A stretch of DNA of 64,000 nt, taken from Candidatus Gastranaerophilales bacterium. GTDB lineage: Bacteria > Cyanobacteriota > Vampirovibrionia > Gastranaerophilales > Gastranaerophilaceae. The notes beneath the pieces were generated by a model. That model saw nothing but the letters and a program-made list of their open reading frames with translations, made no database searches and was not told where the DNA came from. The translations under genes were made by a program, and so were the position numbers. Below, piece by piece: positions 63,864 through 64,000 of the stretch. Within the stretch, counting starts at the first letter, position 1, and each line of letters opens with the position of its first letter. The stretch lies in assembly GCA_944326565.1 (NCBI GenBank), contig CALVEL010000008.1, positions 2,003 to 66,002 on the forward strand, written 5' to 3'.

Positions 63864-64000
63864 TAATTTTCCTGCTTAAATTTATCCTGATTTAATGCTT
63901 CAAGAAAATCTTGGACTTCATCAGGTGTTTTAAATTCATAAATAGATTCTTCACAGTCATTTTTTAACTCTTCTGGAATATTAATTTCTTTTATAAAACC
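63863..64000 (-). CDS. 3' end of an ORF continuing beyond the window (McrB-like partner inferred from position only)
   Basis: The open frame reads ...GFIKEINIPEELKNDCEESIYEFKTPDEVQDFLEALNQDKFKQEN*. Its stop overlaps the McrC-like start (TAATG). The 45 visible residues carry no diagnostic motif. Confidence 0.45.
   Translation of the reverse strand, partial: GFIKEINIPEELKNDCEESIYEFKTPDEVQDFLEALNQDKFKQEN

Noticed and set aside
1-64000. Looked for rRNA, tRNA, CRISPR arrays and IS-type transposases
   Set aside because: No cloverleaf-like GC-rich segments, no regularly spaced 25-40-bp repeats and no DDE-transposase-like ORFs were visible by eye. Absence should still be confirmed with tRNAscan-SE, Infernal and a CRISPR finder.

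Overview
This is an AT-rich chromosomal window, roughly 30% GC by eye. It comes from a diderm bacterium, since TolC-type and porin-type outer-membrane genes are present. I recognised no rRNA, tRNA or CRISPR array by eye. Three blocks stand out.

(1) 1-26.6 kb is mixed housekeeping and accessory genes. They include an inosine/uracil-type DNA glycosylase, acyl-ACP thioesterase, GNAT, flavoproteins, HAD phosphatase, TolC, ABC-F ATPase, a ferredoxin-nitroreductase, a porin, pgi, and a LysR-controlled redox/detox operon. Lineage-specific orphans are interspersed.

(2) 26.7-38.6 kb is a dense cluster of orphan proteins that share an unusual N-terminal leader: an MK(V/I)xx(I/V) start followed by an (I/V/L)(N/S/Y)(F/Y)x-G box. 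The leader is attached to effector-like enzymatic heads. These are an AAA+ ATPase plus a dead paralogue, an HExxH zincin, a deiminase-fold enzyme and a TPR protein, and the cluster includes a 691-bp near-identical tandem duplication. The same leader occurs on a kinase-like protein, a PHP phosphoesterase and others elsewhere in the window. hcp and a cupin gene follow.

(3) 41-64 kb is a defence island:
- An XRE regulator with an iteron-like array.
- hipBA with palindromic operators.
- A small, FimB-sized tyrosine recombinase.
- A complete type 1 BREX operon (brxA-brxB-brxC-pglX-pglZ-brxL).
- Three small ORFs.
- An SF1 helicase fused to a Vsr/DUF559-like nuclease.
- A McrC-like gene, with the 3' end of its upstream partner at the window edge.

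The most unusual observations are in the BREX segment:
- The whole ~16 kb recombinase-plus-BREX segment is bracketed by ~58-bp imperfect inverted repeats built from phased boxes.
- An Rx4H HEPN-type ORF is inserted between pglX and pglZ.
- A second HEPN-like ORF is coupled to the end of brxL.
- BrxL appears to carry an MITD1-C-terminal-type, PLD-like domain where a Lon-protease-like domain is expected.

All functional calls rest on motifs read by eye and recalled family consensus. None has been verified by search.
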